Program-made: the position numbers and the translations under genes | IMG/VR virus record: IMGVR_UViG_3300036851_000068 | Span: 1,822-65,821 of that record | DNA length: 64,000 nucleotides | Reading direction: 5' to 3' (one strand) | Origin: a virus | Lineage: Duplodnaviria > Caudoviricetes | Notes under the pieces: model-generated | Told to the model about the DNA's origin: nothing | The model's database searches: none | The model's input: the letters and a program-made list of their open reading frames with translations, nothing else | Shown here: piece by piece, positions 38,523 to 48,563 of the stretch | Layout: each line of letters starts with the position of its first letter | Numbering within the stretch: position 1 is the stretch's first letter

Positions 38523-38561
38523 TTGACGACCAGGTGTACTTTGGCGGTAGACTGTACACAG
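38523..38561 (+). promoter_or_regulatory. capsid-operon promoter with operator copy 5
   Basis: TTGACG 38523-28, 19 bp spacer, TAGACT 38548-53; GTGTAC 38534-39 / GTACAC 38554-59. Confidence 0.75.
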
Positions 38562-38599
38562 TTGATGGCGCGGAGTACCTGCGCTTTGGAGGCTTGTAA

Positions 38600-39985
38600 T
38601 TGCCCATTGGACAGTATGAGGATTTTGCAGCGTGTGTAGCGGCAAACCGGGACAAGGAAGACCCGGAAGCATACTGCGCTGCTATCGAAAATTCACAGAG
38701 GGGAGCGGGTAAAGTGACCGAAGCACTGGAAGCGCTGAAGGCGCTGCAAGCGAAGGACCCGAAGGGGCAGCGGTTCTATGTCACTGCCCAGGTGAAGCAG
38801 ATTGATGAGGAAGGTTTCGAAGCAGACATCGTTGCGAGCACTGCGAATATTGACCGTGACCGTGAGGTTGTGAACCCGCATGGGATGGTTGTGCCGAAGC
38901 CTCGGCGCGTTCCTCTTGTGTCGAGTCACCAGTACGGCGACCTTCGCAAGCAAATCGGTGATGTTCCAAGTGTGAAGTTGAACGGTGAAATAACCGCGCG
39001 GCCACGTTGGTTCGTCGGTATGGGTAACGACGAAGCAGATTGGGCGTTTGCTCTTGTGAAAATGGGAGTGGCCGCGTTCTCAATCGGATTCCTCCCTCTT
39101 GAGTGGACTGATGCAGACTTGGCAGATGAGAAGACGGTCGAGGAGATCGTGGCAGGCAAGAAGCCACTGCGCGAGTACACCAAGTGGGAACTGGCTGAAA
39201 TCAGTCAGGTCATTGTTCCATCGAATCGAGGTGCAGTGCAGCGCATGGTCGAGGCGGGCATTCTCCCGAAGGACTACAAGACTGAGGGCCTGAAGGATGG
39301 GCCAATGGACGAGAATGCACAGAAGGCATTCGACGCTGCACTGAAGTTGTGGCAGGAGCGGCAGGCGAAGAACGTGACGGTGAGCGTTATCGTCAACGAG
39401 GGGCCGGGCGATGGCAAGGTGCCAGCCGCACCGGTTCCCGAGAAGCAGCCGGAACACCCTGCTGCGCAGATTGCAGGTGAGCAGATGAATGCTCGTGCTG
39501 AGTGTCCCGAAGGTCAGGAGTGGGACGCGGCAGAGGGTAAGTGTGTGGACAAGAAGGCTGCGCCGGTTGTGGAGCCTGTAGTTGACCCGGCCAAGTCATT
39601 CGACTTGCTGTCGTTGTTTGAGGCGGCAGGCAAGAAAGAGATTGACGTGCCGAAAGTGGAAATAAAAGTACCGACGCCAAAGGCTGCGGCGGTGGTTGAG
39701 ATCACGTTTGAGAAGGACATCCTTCCGAAACTGAAGGATGCTCTTGATGAGTTTGCGGACACTCTCCGCGTGGAAGTGGCGAATGCTGTCAATCAAAGTT
39801 TGAAGGAGTCTGAGGCCAAGGTCAGCGGCGCTGTGGAGGTTGCTATCGCAGCGAAGTTCGGTCCCGATTCAGCAGCACACACAAAAACAACGGACCTTAT
39901 CAAAGCCGTAATGTCTGGCGTAAAAGAGTTCGTAAAGACCGAGATTGCGCTAGCAAAGGGCAACGTTGATGCGTGGCTTCAGTAG
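38600..39985 (+). CDS. HK97-family prohead protease with scaffold-like C-terminal extension
   Basis: ASTANIDRDREVV, PLVSSH, AFSIGF, ELAEISQVIVPSN; TTG start with GGAGG. Confidence 0.88.
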   Translation: MPIGQYEDFAACVAANRDKEDPEAYCAAIENSQRGAGKVTEALEALKALQAKDPKGQRFYVTAQVKQIDEEGFEADIVASTANIDRDREVVNPHGMVVPKPRRVPLVSSHQYGDLRKQIGDVPSVKLNGEITARPRWFVGMGNDEADWAFALVKMGVAAFSIGFLPLEWTDADLADEKTVEEIVAGKKPLREYTKWELAEISQVIVPSNRGAVQRMVEAGILPKDYKTEGLKDGPMDENAQKAFDAALKLWQERQAKNVTVSVIVNEGPGDGKVPAAPVPEKQPEHPAAQIAGEQMNARAECPEGQEWDAAEGKCVDKKAAPVVEPVVDPAKSFDLLSLFEAAGKKEIDVPKVEIKVPTPKAAAVVEITFEKDILPKLKDALDEFADTLRVEVANAVNQSLKESEAKVSGAVEVAIAAKFGPDSAAHTKTTDLIKAVMSGVKEFVKTEIALAKGNVDAWLQ

Positions 39986-40024
39986 GAATACCATTACAAA
40001 TCTAATGCGAAAGGAGTGAACAAA

Positions 40025-41167
40025 ATGACCCCGGAGGAACTTCTCAAGGTTGTACGAGAGGAGATGAAGAACGCTTCATCTGAGCAGGGCGCTGTGGTTG
40101 CTGCGGCTGCAATGAAGGCTGTCAGCGATTACATGGGCCGTGCGTTCGGCGGGCAGTTGCTTGACAAGGTGCTTAGCCCTGGCGAGCAGTTTGCTGCTGA
40201 CCCACAAGTGAAGGACTTCGTTTCTACTCGTGCCAAGAACACTGCACCTATCGCTGTTCAGTTGCGCGGCTACGGCTTGAAGGCCGGTGAATACATTCCT
40301 GCGCGATTGAAGACGAATGTGCTGGCTACGGACTACCCGTCTGAGAGGACCTATCTGCCCCCGGCTATCCCTCCACAGCGCACGTTTCGGCTGCGGGATT
40401 TGATTCCGGTGGCGGGTCTGGCTACCCCACAGATTGAGTATGCCCGTATCATCACGCTCGGCAACAGCGCTGGCGGTGTCGCGGAAGGAAACGCAAAGCC
40501 TGAGTCCGCAATTCAGACTCAGATCATCACGCAGGCTGTGGTGACAATTGCGACCTTCATTCCTGCGACCCGACAGGCACTGCGAGACGTGCAGGGTCTT
40601 GCTGCTTACATCAACCAGGTTTTGGGATACTTCTTGCAGTTGGAGGAGGACGACCAAATCCTGAACGGTGCTGGCGGCAACGACATGACTGGCATCTACA
40701 ACACAACCGGCACTCAGACTCAGGCGTTCTCGAATGACATCATCGAGACGGTTCGTAAGGCTGTTACAAAGATTCAGACGGCGTTCATGTCTGACGAGCA
40801 AGCGTCAGGCTTTGACCCAACTGGCGTCGTGTTTCATCCGAACGACTGGGAGACTGCTGAACTTATCAAGGACCTTAACGACCGATACATCCTCATCCCG
40901 GATAACAGGTCACCTGCTGACTCGGTACCTGCCCGGCTGTGGAGTATTCCGGTCATTGTGACTCCTGCTAATTCAGCGGGCAACGCCCTGATGGGTGCCT
41001 TTGACATCGGCGCAACGCTCTGGACGTACGAGGCGCTGACTCTGCGAACTTCTGACTCGCATAGCGATTGGTTCACCAAGAACATCGTCGCTATCCTGGC
41101 AGAGTTCCGTGAGTTGCTGGCCGTGTACTTCCCGGCAGCGTTCGTTGAGGTTGACGTTGTGGCATAA
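40025..41167 (+). CDS. major capsid protein (HK97 fold)
   Basis: LRDLIP, VAEGNAKPES, EEDDQILNG, HPNDW, RLWSIPV, FTKNIVAILAE.R; AAGGAG SD. Confidence 0.93.
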   Translation: MTPEELLKVVREEMKNASSEQGAVVAAAAMKAVSDYMGRAFGGQLLDKVLSPGEQFAADPQVKDFVSTRAKNTAPIAVQLRGYGLKAGEYIPARLKTNVLATDYPSERTYLPPAIPPQRTFRLRDLIPVAGLATPQIEYARIITLGNSAGGVAEGNAKPESAIQTQIITQAVVTIATFIPATRQALRDVQGLAAYINQVLGYFLQLEEDDQILNGAGGNDMTGIYNTTGTQTQAFSNDIIETVRKAVTKIQTAFMSDEQASGFDPTGVVFHPNDWETAELIKDLNDRYILIPDNRSPADSVPARLWSIPVIVTPANSAGNALMGAFDIGATLWTYEALTLRTSDSHSDWFTKNIVAILAEFRELLAVYFPAAFVEVDVVA

Positions 41168-41192
41168 TGATACTCACGCTATCGTGAGCGAT

Positions 41193-41224
41193 GGGACCGG
41201 GGGCCTAGTGCCCCCGGCCCTTAT
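41193..41224 (+). terminator. hairpin after capsid gene
   Basis: CCGGGGGC-CTAGT-GCCCCCGG. Confidence 0.5.
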
Positions 41225-41285
41225 CAGCGGGCCAGCGAGACTGACCCGGCGGTGAGGGAGAAAACGTGGAGGAGGAGGAACGAAC

Positions 41286-41489
41286 ATGGCGCTACCAAGA
41301 ATCATTGCTATGACGCTGGTGCGAAAGAGCGTGCAGAACGATGGCAACGTTCTTCTCGCATTTGAAGTCAAACTGGAAGATGAAGGTGCTGGGTCACTGG
41401 GCTATGCGCGGCTGGTTGTCAACGCAGGTGCTGCGGACGACTTTGCTGTTGGCTCAGAGTTCACCTTTACCGGAACGGCGGGCGACTAA
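41286..41489 (+). CDS. small hypothetical protein
   Basis: GGAGGAGGAGG SD. Confidence 0.6.
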   Translation: MALPRIIAMTLVRKSVQNDGNVLLAFEVKLEDEGAGSLGYARLVVNAGAADDFAVGSEFTFTGTAGD

Positions 41490-41507
41490 TCCGTGTTAAC
41501 ATCCCGA

Positions 41508-41924
41508 ATGTTTCCGCCTACGCAGGCGACACCTTGTCCTATCTGCGGAGGCGATTGCAAGAAGCCACAGGGTGAGTTCTCTAACCGGGGCATCACGGTA
41601 GTATCTGTTATGCGTGATGGTCCTGGTATGCAGAGCGGACCCGAATACAAGTATCGAAGCCGCGAGCGTGTGAAGTGGAACAACCCAAAGACGGGGCGCT
41701 ACGAGTTGCGCTACGGAGTGGGCGCACCGGTGCCGCTTATCGAGGCGCTGCGGCAGGGAATTGTGGAGGTGGGCGAGTTGTCAGAGGAGCAGAAGCAAGA
41801 GATAAAGGAGCATGCGGAGCGTGACCCGGCTGCGAAGTCGGCGCTTGTCAAGGCATTGCAGGCGCTGAAGATGTTGCGGCCATTGAATCGCATGGTCAAG
41901 CCGGATGATGTTGTTCAAAAGTAG
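41508..41924 (+). CDS. hypothetical capsid-adjacent protein
   Basis: CPICGGDC; VP..EA.R.G and P.NRM..P...K motifs. Confidence 0.55.
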   Translation: MFPPTQATPCPICGGDCKKPQGEFSNRGITVVSVMRDGPGMQSGPEYKYRSRERVKWNNPKTGRYELRYGVGAPVPLIEALRQGIVEVGELSEEQKQEIKEHAERDPAAKSALVKALQALKMLRPLNRMVKPDDVVQK

Positions 41925-41979
41925 TAGCGAGCGCGGCATACACTAGAGAGAGTATAACGGTAAGAAGGAGGCAATCGTT

Positions 41980-42369
41980 GTGGCTAATAACAAGACCACA
42001 TATCTTGAGGATAAACTTATCAATCATGTCCTGCGCGCTACAGCAATGTCTTCACCAGCAACAGTGTATGTGGCGCTTTTTACTGCTGCACCGGGCGAGG
42101 CAGGCGGTGGTACTGAAGTATCGGGGGGAGATTACGCGCGGCAACCTGTAACCTTTGAAGCACCGGTAGACGGTGCTACGGAGAACGATGCGGATGTTAC
42201 CTTCGATGTTGCAACTGCTGACTGGGGCACTGTGACGCACTTTGCAATCTTCGATGCGCTGACAGTTGGTAACATGCTTTACTACGGTACGCTGACAACT
42301 GCGCGCGTTGTGAATAGCGGGGACCAGGCAAAATTCCTCGCGGGTGCCTTGGACGTGGCGGAACTTTAA
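41980..42369 (+). CDS. conserved virion fibre/whisker-associated protein
   Basis: YLEDKLINHVLR..PATVYVALFT..EVSGGDYARQ..DWGTVTHFAIFDA. Confidence 0.75.
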   Translation: MANNKTTYLEDKLINHVLRATAMSSPATVYVALFTAAPGEAGGGTEVSGGDYARQPVTFEAPVDGATENDADVTFDVATADWGTVTHFAIFDALTVGNMLYYGTLTTARVVNSGDQAKFLAGALDVAEL

Positions 42370-42390
42370 GGGATGGCTGGGAACGGTGAG

Positions 42391-42437
42391 GGGACGGGTC
42401 TGGTGCCGGATGGTGCCGGAACTGTCCCTAGTTTTTT
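42391..42437 (+). terminator. rho-independent terminator
   Basis: GGGACGG...CTGTCCC followed by TAGTTTTTT. Confidence 0.6.
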
Positions 42438-42452
42438 GATGGAGGCTTTGTA

Positions 42453-44768
42453 ATGGCGGAATCGCACAGAGCAACTAGAAAAGAAGACTCCACGGGACTC
42501 CTGATTAGGCTTTATAAGATAGTCGAGGAGTTAGAGGAGCGCTATATGCAGTCGGTGGTTCTGTCGGACCCTGACACCGGCGAGAGTGTAAAGGTATCGC
42601 TTGCTGGTCTGAAGACAAATGACGATTATCAGGCCGGGGAAGTGTTGGCAGATCAGAACGGAGCAGGGGCAGCGCTTACGTTTACGTTTTCGTCAGAGGT
42701 TCAGTTGGTTGTTGTGGAAAGTAATGGTACCCTGGACAGCCGGTGTGACCCATTTGGAGGCGTTCCTACGGCGATGCTAGGCATACCGTGTCGAGACAAG
42801 GTGCCGGTGTATATTCCAGTGGCGGCAACGGTCGTTCAGGTGTTTGCGCAGGTTGGGTCTGTTGTCAGCGTGTGGGGGTTCAAACGTGCCTAGAATCATC
42901 ACTATCATCAAGAGAGTAACGGAGGCAGTGGCCGGGGCCACTAACTTCCTGGCGCGTCCGCGAGCAGCCTCAAGAATAATTAGTATTCTCGTGGCGAAGA
43001 TGAATGTGGTGGCAGCGAGTGTGATTGACGCAGCGCGGGCGATTCTTATGACGCGGAGTCGGTCGGCTACGAATATGGTGCAGATAACGTTCGACCTTGT
43101 GCACGAGAATCCGGTGACAGGTGCCAGTCAGGATGCGGGCGGTAACTGGACTAACATTGCTAACTTCAACGGCACTGATGATGGGGCTTATGCCGCTCTG
43201 GACGGCGCGACTCTGGCTGTGTTGGGGACGCTGCGCGGGAATCATGATGCGCAGCCGAATCGTCCAGCGGCCTTAGTAATTTCAAAGGTTGAGTTACTGA
43301 TGTTCTATAGGACGGTTGCTTTCGGTGTATTATCTACCTGGACGATGGGGTATCGCGTAGGCAACTTGGGTGTGGCGCGCGACTTCTACACGGAGTCTAC
43401 TGTGAATCAGGACTTCAGGCGCGTGGGCGACGGCGGGCCAGGTCCAGAAGTCAGAGACATCACTGCGGCGCTGATGGCTAACGAAGGACTGACGTGGGCT
43501 AACGTAGCAGCGATGCAGCACTATTTTATTGGCATTATAGGTGCCAATTCACCTGCCGTGCACTTAACGGTTGATGCGGCTAAGATAAGGGTAACGGCGC
43601 GAGAGGTTTTGGCGCTGTGAAAGGAGAGTGGACTGAATGGCTGCGGCAATCTTAGATCAGGGGCAAACGGTTATCAGGGATGGCGTCAATACTGTGGTAA
43701 CGCACGTTGGCGTGGCGACTGATGCGACGGCGTTCGTGGCGACGCAGACGGTGCTTGACCCGGCAGGCGGTGGTGCGGCCAACCGTCTTATCAAGGCGGC
43801 GACAAAGGCCATTGTGGACTTTCAAACACGCGACTACACCATGACCATTGATGGCACGCTGGAAATGACGGGTAAGACAATCTTTACGATAGGTATTTTG
43901 AATGGGTCAGCAACGGGCAATGCTGTGACTCGTTCGGTACGGTCGGCTGGCATTGGCGTGCAGGCAGGAGATTCATTCACGATTGGCGTGAGGGTTAAGC
44001 ACGAGGATAATTCGTAATGCTTCTTCTCATCCTTGATAGTCACAAGGAGGGGGTGCTGGTATCCTTAACGGGCGAAGTGGTTGGGGATGCTAATGCTACC
44101 CTAGATGCACTAATACGATTGTGGTTGTTGGATGGGGCAGTGTCGGGCGATAGCCTCGTTGCTTTTGCTGAACTATTGATAAGCAGGATGGCTCATGAGA
44201 TACCGCTTAGGCACGGGCATGATGGGTTGGCAAGGATGGTTCACGACGCTGTTGAGCGAGGCGGTCATGAGGCCCTTGTTCGAGAGATAGCCGAAGCCGT
44301 GGCAAGAGTGGTAAAGGCGGCAGCAGAACGATTGGCTAGTGGTTCAGGTTCACGCGAGGAACACGATGGTATAATTAGACCAAGCGGCACAGCGACAGAA
44401 CGCAAGAGTCATGGCGTGCCGGGGAGGAAGATTCACTGATGTCGCGTCCTGTATTTTGGGAGTTGCCAAAGCAGCCGGGGGAGCAGATTGTTGTTCCCGG
44501 CTTTGACTTTGCTAATCAGATGGTGGGAGAAGAATTAGACGACGAAGCGGAGGTCAAGATTTTCGAACGATTGTCGGGCGAGGAAGTGACGGATGATATG
44601 TTGGTAACGGATAGCGTGACGGTAACGGGGTCGGTTGTCTCCTTTGAACTGAAGGCCGGAGATCATAACCTGGATTACTATTGTGAGATTGTGGCGACAA
44701 CCGCTGCCCCTAAGAGCAGACCGCTGCATGGCGTTGTAATCATAGGAGTAAGAGATAGGCCCTATTAG
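42453..44768 (+). other. five accessory virion structural genes (42453-42893, 42886-43620, 43637-44017, 44017-44439, 44439-44768)
   Basis: Coupled beta-rich ORFs with SDs between capsid and connector; last resembles fibre-adaptor proteins (KQPGE...FDF). Confidence 0.6.
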
Positions 44769-45006
44769 GGGCCATGTTCAATCGCGGGAGTGGTTCGCGT
44801 GCGTGTAGAATATCGGATTTGGCAAGATGTAGCGAAGCCGCTGGCCGGGAAAATAATTCTTCGTCCCGAGTCGCCGGAGGAGGAGCAGGGACTGCGCATG
44901 TTCAGAGATCACATTGCTAGCCCTCAGAAGGGGCGCAAATTCGAAATTATATATAAGCGCAGGGTAGTTTCGGCACCTGAAATTCATAGGCTGTTGCGGG
45001 AGAGGA

Positions 45007-45345
45007 ATGATGGGCGGTAAGAAAGTTTGGGTGCACAGGAATCTGACTCAGCCCGAGAAGCATGAACGTTGGTATTCGGCGTTGAGGACAAGAGTTATTG
45101 TTTTACTGGGCGCACGGTGTGAATGCTGTGGTGAGACACATCATGAGTTTCTTGCCATAGATCATGTGGAAGGTGGAGGTTTTCAGGAGCGCAAGAAGAT
45201 GAATGCGGTGCAGATGTTGAAACAAATTGAGGGCATGAATGTGATGGAGCGACAGCGAAAGTATCGTTTGCTCTGTCACAACTGCAATGCGTCATTAGGC
45301 TTTTACGGCTACTGCGCGCATGAGATGGAAGGGGTTGATTGGTAA
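45007..45345 (+). CDS. HNH/EndoVII-like endonuclease
   Basis: CECCGE...LAIDHVEGGG...LLCHNCN. Confidence 0.8.
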   Translation: MMGGKKVWVHRNLTQPEKHERWYSALRTRVIVLLGARCECCGETHHEFLAIDHVEGGGFQERKKMNAVQMLKQIEGMNVMERQRKYRLLCHNCNASLGFYGYCAHEMEGVDW

Positions 45346-45941
45346 TGCCGCTTGACACGGACATAAACTTAGTAGATGTGGATGATGCCGCGCAGGAGTT
45401 GGGTACTGCGGAGGCAGACCTGTATCGTCTTGAGCGCTTGATTAACTTCGTCAGTGCGCGCATTGAGCGGTATTGTCAGACGAGGTTCAAGAAGCGTACG
45501 CTGACGTTGACCCTGAATGGGCCGGACTTTGACCTGTTAGATGTGGGTAGTCCTATCGTTAGCATTACCAGTGTTACTGTGGGCGGCGAGGCGCTGGCGA
45601 CAACGGACTACAGTATTTTGAGTGAGCGAGGCCAGTTATATCGTGGGGCCAAGTGGAGCGCGCCAGAGAATGGGAAGCCTGCCGGTATTCGCAACGTTGT
45701 GGTTGCGGGTTCCTTTGGGTACGACACGATTCCTTATGATGTTGTAGAGGCAGCGATCATCTTGCTGCGGTTTCGCATGAACAACAGCAGCATGGGCGGG
45801 GCCGGAATGAGGTCTGAAAGAATAGGGGACTATTCGTATGAGCGCGCTGGTCCGACTCCGGGTGTTGTGGATGTGGGAGCGCACGATTTGCCCGAGGAGG
45901 TACGGGCGCTGCTTGACCCTTTCGTCAGGCATCCTGTGTAA
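45345..45941 (+). CDS. head-tail adaptor (gp6/gp15-like)
   Basis: S..IERYC, FGYDTIPYDVVEA, SERIGDYSY, LLDPF. Confidence 0.82.
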   Translation: MPLDTDINLVDVDDAAQELGTAEADLYRLERLINFVSARIERYCQTRFKKRTLTLTLNGPDFDLLDVGSPIVSITSVTVGGEALATTDYSILSERGQLYRGAKWSAPENGKPAGIRNVVVAGSFGYDTIPYDVVEAAIILLRFRMNNSSMGGAGMRSERIGDYSYERAGPTPGVVDVGAHDLPEEVRALLDPFVRHPV

Positions 45942-45943
45942 AC

Positions 45944-46273
45944 TTGTCATACGTTGAACTGCTAACGCAGCGCGCGGACATTCAGAAGGCTACGATCACG
46001 CGGTCAGAAACCGGCGAGGAACTTGAGTCGTGGGCAACTGTGTATTCCGAAGTGCCCGTGCTTGCTAGATTCTTGACTCTGGAGGCAGACGTTCCTATTG
46101 GTCTGAGTGAAGCAGTGACGCACATGGTGCACATGCAGGTGAATGATGCATTGTTAACGGGGCGCTGGCGCTTTGTTATCGAGGGGTTTGCGTATCGAAT
46201 CGTAAGCGTGAAGGACCCCGGTAACAGGCATCATCATTATGAAGTGTTATCCCGAAAGTTGGAGGAAGTGTAG
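45944..46273 (+). CDS. head closure protein
   Basis: GEELESWATV...YRIVSV.DP....HHYEV. Confidence 0.75.
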   Translation: MSYVELLTQRADIQKATITRSETGEELESWATVYSEVPVLARFLTLEADVPIGLSEAVTHMVHMQVNDALLTGRWRFVIEGFAYRIVSVKDPGNRHHHYEVLSRKLEEV

Positions 46274-46276
46274 CAG

Positions 46277-46840
46277 ATGGTTGGAACGAAGTTGCCTGTT
46301 CAGGTTTTCGTTCGCAAGGCGCTGAAGGCGGCAACGCTTGCGAAGCGCGCCGTAGATGCTGCTGCGCGCGAGTTGAGTCGGGAAGCGTTCATTATGGAGC
46401 GCTCGATGAAGAAGAACGTCTCGGTTAACTTTGACATCTTGCGGTCGCATATTGGCGTTGTGGGTCCGAAGCGAGAAGCAGGTTTCGTGAGTGGTGTGTT
46501 CTATGAGGTTGGCGTGCGCGGCGTGGATTATGCGAAGTTCATAGAGTTCGGCACAGGACCTGCGGGCGCAGCGACGGACCTTCTTCCGGTGGCGAAAGAG
46601 GCTATGCACGAGTTGGGATATGTGCACGGGTCAGGAAACTTCATGCCACCGGTGAAGGAAATAGAGCGGTGGTTGAGGCGTAAGGGTTTGCCCTTGGAGA
46701 TGGCGTGGCCGGTGGCGCGTGCTATTGGACTGAGGGGAATGAAGCCTCACCCATTCATCTTTCCGGCCTACGAAGAAAGGCGCGCCGGGATACCCAGTAA
46801 GGTGTCGCGAGCAGTTGCGCGTGTCCTGGAGGTTGGATAA
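46277..46840 (+). CDS. HK97 gp10-like tail completion protein
   Basis: LRSHI, YAKFIEFGTG, GMKPHPFIFPAY. Confidence 0.8.
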   Translation: MVGTKLPVQVFVRKALKAATLAKRAVDAAARELSREAFIMERSMKKNVSVNFDILRSHIGVVGPKREAGFVSGVFYEVGVRGVDYAKFIEFGTGPAGAATDLLPVAKEAMHELGYVHGSGNFMPPVKEIERWLRRKGLPLEMAWPVARAIGLRGMKPHPFIFPAYEERRAGIPSKVSRAVARVLEVG

Positions 46841-46842
46841 AA

Positions 46843-47262
46843 TTGAAGGCGGTCAAGGCAAGTTTGTTCAGTCGGATAACGGGTGACGCTACTTTGATGG
46901 CAAAACTGGGCGCGTCTCCTTACATGGGTCGTTTGCCGGACAGCAGTAAGTTGAGCAAGACGAAGGCAATGATTGTTATTAACGGGGACGCGATTCGCGA
47001 TCACGCTGACCGTGAGACGCAGTTGTACACGATGGATGTGTATTCCTACTCGCACGATCAGGTTGAGGATGTATACGAGGATTTGCTAAGGGTATTTGGG
47101 GTGACGGTGGATGCGCGCCGAATATGGCTCAAGTTGACCGTCAATCCTCCTGGTGCGCAACTGTTCATCAAGTTTGAGAGTAGCGAGGACATTGCGGACC
47201 CGACAAGCGAACTGTTTCGCAAGGCTGTAAGAATGAGAGTGAAGGTAGCGCGGACTATATAG
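46843..47262 (+). CDS. tail terminator (putative)
   Basis: Position before tail tube; YTMDVYS. Confidence 0.65.
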   Translation: MKAVKASLFSRITGDATLMAKLGASPYMGRLPDSSKLSKTKAMIVINGDAIRDHADRETQLYTMDVYSYSHDQVEDVYEDLLRVFGVTVDARRIWLKLTVNPPGAQLFIKFESSEDIADPTSELFRKAVRMRVKVARTI

Positions 47263-47267
47263 AGACG

Positions 47268-47433
47268 TGCGGGCCGGGCCAAAAGTGGCCGGTAAAGATG
47301 TGCCGACGCACATTGCCCGCAACAAGTTTCCTTCCTCGCTGTGCAGGGAGCGGAACCCTGCGTGAATCGCGACGGCTGCGAAAAGCCGAGTGTCTTCGTG
47401 GCCTGACGATTCAGGACGATGCAGTGAAGGAGG
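47268..47433 (+). ncRNA. structured 5' leader of tail tube gene pairing with its SD
   Basis: Several nested stems; CCTTCCTCGCTGT 47330-42 pairs with GCAGTGAAGGAGG 47421-33. Confidence 0.5.
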
Positions 47434-47442
47434 GGAACTAAT

Positions 47443-47946
47443 TTGCCTACACCACCTAATACGGATAACTACCAGGTAGGCGGCGTCAAGATCATTGTTG
47501 GCGGGCTGGACCTGGGTAACGTTGCGGGATTCGGTGTTGACCCATCGGACGTTGAGGTGTTGCAGCACTTCAGCGCGCGAACTGGTGCACGAAAGGTAGA
47601 CAAGCAGGTCATTGTGCAGAAGCGCATGACCTTCCGGGCTACCCTGGATGAGCACCAGGCAGACCTGTACTCGAAGTATTTCATGGGCGAAGTGTCGGGT
47701 AGCCAGGTGCTGCCGCTGACGAATCCGTTGGCTGAGACGAACATTCTTATTACCTATCTGAATGAGGATGCGACCATTTGGACGTATTCTCACACGAAGG
47801 TAACTGTTCGACCTTCGGCTGCAATGGACTTTGGCGACTTCTCAGACTGGGTTGGGTTCGAAGTGGAAATCGAATCCTTGCAGGATGAGGACGCTGCCGA
47901 GGTTGGCGGAACGGTTCCGACACACGGAATCTTCACCTTTACATAA
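47443..47946 (+). CDS. major tail (tube) protein
   Basis: PNTDNYQVGG, DLGNV, LQHFSARTG; position; AAGGAGG SD with TTG. Confidence 0.78.
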   Translation: MPTPPNTDNYQVGGVKIIVGGLDLGNVAGFGVDPSDVEVLQHFSARTGARKVDKQVIVQKRMTFRATLDEHQADLYSKYFMGEVSGSQVLPLTNPLAETNILITYLNEDATIWTYSHTKVTVRPSAAMDFGDFSDWVGFEVEIESLQDEDAAEVGGTVPTHGIFTFT

Positions 47947-48092
47947 ACCATACTCGCGTAATCGCGAGGTAAGGCTGTGGGAGCATCCTATAGATGCGAA
48001 AGGGGAGGCGTGCACAGGCATTCAGCCGGAGACGCAGCCTCCCCTGTCCCCACACAAAACGATGTCGCGCTGACGCGCGGGAGGTAAGGAAC

Positions 48093-48563
48093 ATGGCAGA
48101 GATTCGCGATGATGGTCGCGGAAGGGCACCGGAAGGGGATGTGAATAGTGAGCAGGCATCAGCCAGCCCGCTAAGTGCAGTATGGCCGGGTGAGGCTGTT
48201 TCTGTTTCTGGACGCACGGTGTTTGTAAAGCCGTGGGGCGTTAAGGCACTCATGACAGAGGTTCCTGGACTGTTGGGGTCCTTGATGGGCAAGTTGGCAC
48301 CGGTGTATGAGGCGGCGCGAGCCGGTGGTGGTAATGAGGCAATGCTGAAGGTTCTCATGGAGCAGGCAGGCACTGAACTGATGGACTTCGTGGCGGTGAC
48401 GGTGCGCCTGACGCCTGCGGAACTTGAGGCAGCGACAGCGGCTGAATTTGTGAATTTGATTCGAGCCGTTGTGAGGCAGAACAAAGATTTTTTCGACAGC
48501 GTGTCGGGACTGTACAGCGACCTGGGCCGTCCGATAGGGAACGAACCCGTAGAGAAGTCCTGA
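48093..48563 (+). CDS. tail assembly chaperone G
   Basis: GGAGG SD; V..QNKDFF motif over slippery site; between tube and tape measure. Confidence 0.75.
   Translation: MAEIRDDGRGRAPEGDVNSEQASASPLSAVWPGEAVSVSGRTVFVKPWGVKALMTEVPGLLGSLMGKLAPVYEAARAGGGNEAMLKVLMEQAGTELMDFVAVTVRLTPAELEAATAAEFVNLIRAVVRQNKDFFDSVSGLYSDLGRPIGNEPVEKS

Noticed and set aside
14053-38559. LexA/SOS box reading of the GTAC motifs
   Set aside because: Conserved geometry is 6-N14-6; only one GTAC-N4-GTAC instance (27195-206) noticed
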